Source: Octopus sinensis
Taxonomy: Eukaryota
Reading direction: 5' to 3'
Assembly (NCBI RefSeq): GCF_006345805.1
Contig: NC_043018.1
Span: forward strand, 18,724,001-18,788,000
DNA length: 64,000 nucleotides
Part shown: piece by piece, positions 62,819 to 64,000 of the stretch
Numbering within the stretch: the stretch's first letter is position 1
How the letters are laid out: the number at the start of each line of letters is the position of its first letter
Translations under genes and position numbers: made by a program
Notes under the pieces: generated by a model
The model's input: the letters and a program-made list of their open reading frames with translations, nothing else
What the model was told of the DNA's origin: nothing
Databases searched by the model: none

Positions 62819-64000
62819 TATATTTATTTATGTTATACTTGTCGTTGTTATCATTGTTGCTCTGGCTGCAACTTTGAAAATCCAATAGGGAAAAAAACCA
62901 ATGTTTCCTTGGTTCCAACAGACACACCTCAGATTCTTTGAAATATCCATAATTATATGTGTTTTAAAAGATAATTCTTTCTTTGTAATATCAAACATCT
63001 CCCAAACTAAGAGGCAGGGGATCTTGCAACAACAACAACAGCAGCAGCAGCAGTAGTAGTAGAAGGTACAATAACGGTGGCACTAGAAATAAACATTATC
63101 CACATTTCCATGCTAAACAAGAACCGGGAAACAAATTAACAAAAAAAAAACATAAATAAATACATGGATAAATGCCTATAAATATTTATAAGAAAACAAA
63201 TTTTTTTTTGTAAATAATGAAGCTGTCTTTTGTTACTACAAGATCAATAGTTGAAAAGAAATGAAAATATTCTGTTGAAATCACATACATAACCCAGTAT
63301 ATTACTGGTGGAACTTATTGATTGGAAAAGAAACAATGACAGAATCCATCCTAATGTTTTAGTTCTCGACACATATTTTATTAACTTCTGTGGGACCAAT
63401 AAAATTGGACAGGATTGAACATCGAAATAGCATAGGACGAAACTAAATACTTTCAGTAGACCCCATGCCTACCTAAATTACTGGTATCTTCCAATAACTA
63501 ACTTGATATTATATATATATATATATATATGTATGTATATCTGTTTAATTTGTTTTGGGTGAATGCCCCAGAATGCACTCTTAAAAGCTCCTAATCTTAA
63601 ATAATAATAATATTATGAATATGAAAAATTCTTGACTTATGAAAATGTGGGATGCAGAAACATGTGTTGTGATAAACCCTATGAATTTCCATCCACAAGT
63701 TGTTATTACTATATATAAATATTATAGACGTGTATGTGTGTGTCTCAAGATGAAGACACAAGGTAAAATTAAACAAACTAGAAAAGGGAAAAAAAATTAA
63801 GCCTTCAACTGCTGCCTGACTAAGGATTCTAGTGGTTTCAATGCCTTTGATACAGTTGATAGGGAATTGATAGTAGAGATGAAACACAAAAGACAAGGAA
63901 AAATCTTTAGTTGAGTCTTAGTGACACCACACACATTTATATCTATCTATCTATTTATCTATCCCTCTACACACACACACACACAGACATACACACACAC

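Overview
AT-rich, microsatellite-saturated animal genomic DNA. The repeat families and the receptor type point to an octopus (coleoid cephalopod) genome; this is an inference from recognition, not a database result. Only one clear intact protein-coding gene is present: an intronless 554-aa aminergic class A GPCR (47331-48995, +), most like molluscan octopamine/tyramine receptors of the Lymnaea OA2 type. The rest is mobile DNA: (i) a ~3.4 kb Penelope-like retroelement (RT + GIY-YIG, probably Neptune-type, disrupted) between (TA)n arrays, whose 3' pseudo-LTR carries a CCAAT/TATA promoter and a minimal hammerhead ribozyme; (ii) a second, different hammerhead motif in a (TA)n-flanked island at 61.7 kb; (iii) R4/Dong-like restriction-endonuclease retrotransposon fragments embedded in (TAA)n arrays; (iv) four recurring SINE-like families (labelled A-D here), some in same-strand tandem trains; (v) a non-autonomous Helitron, hAT and TTAA-flanked MITEs; (vi) a perfect 46-bp foldback hairpin, minisatellites and higher-order microsatellite arrays. 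Nearly all other ORFs in the supplied track are microsatellite artefacts. All alignments and folds were done by eye, and boundaries of diverged repeats are approximate.
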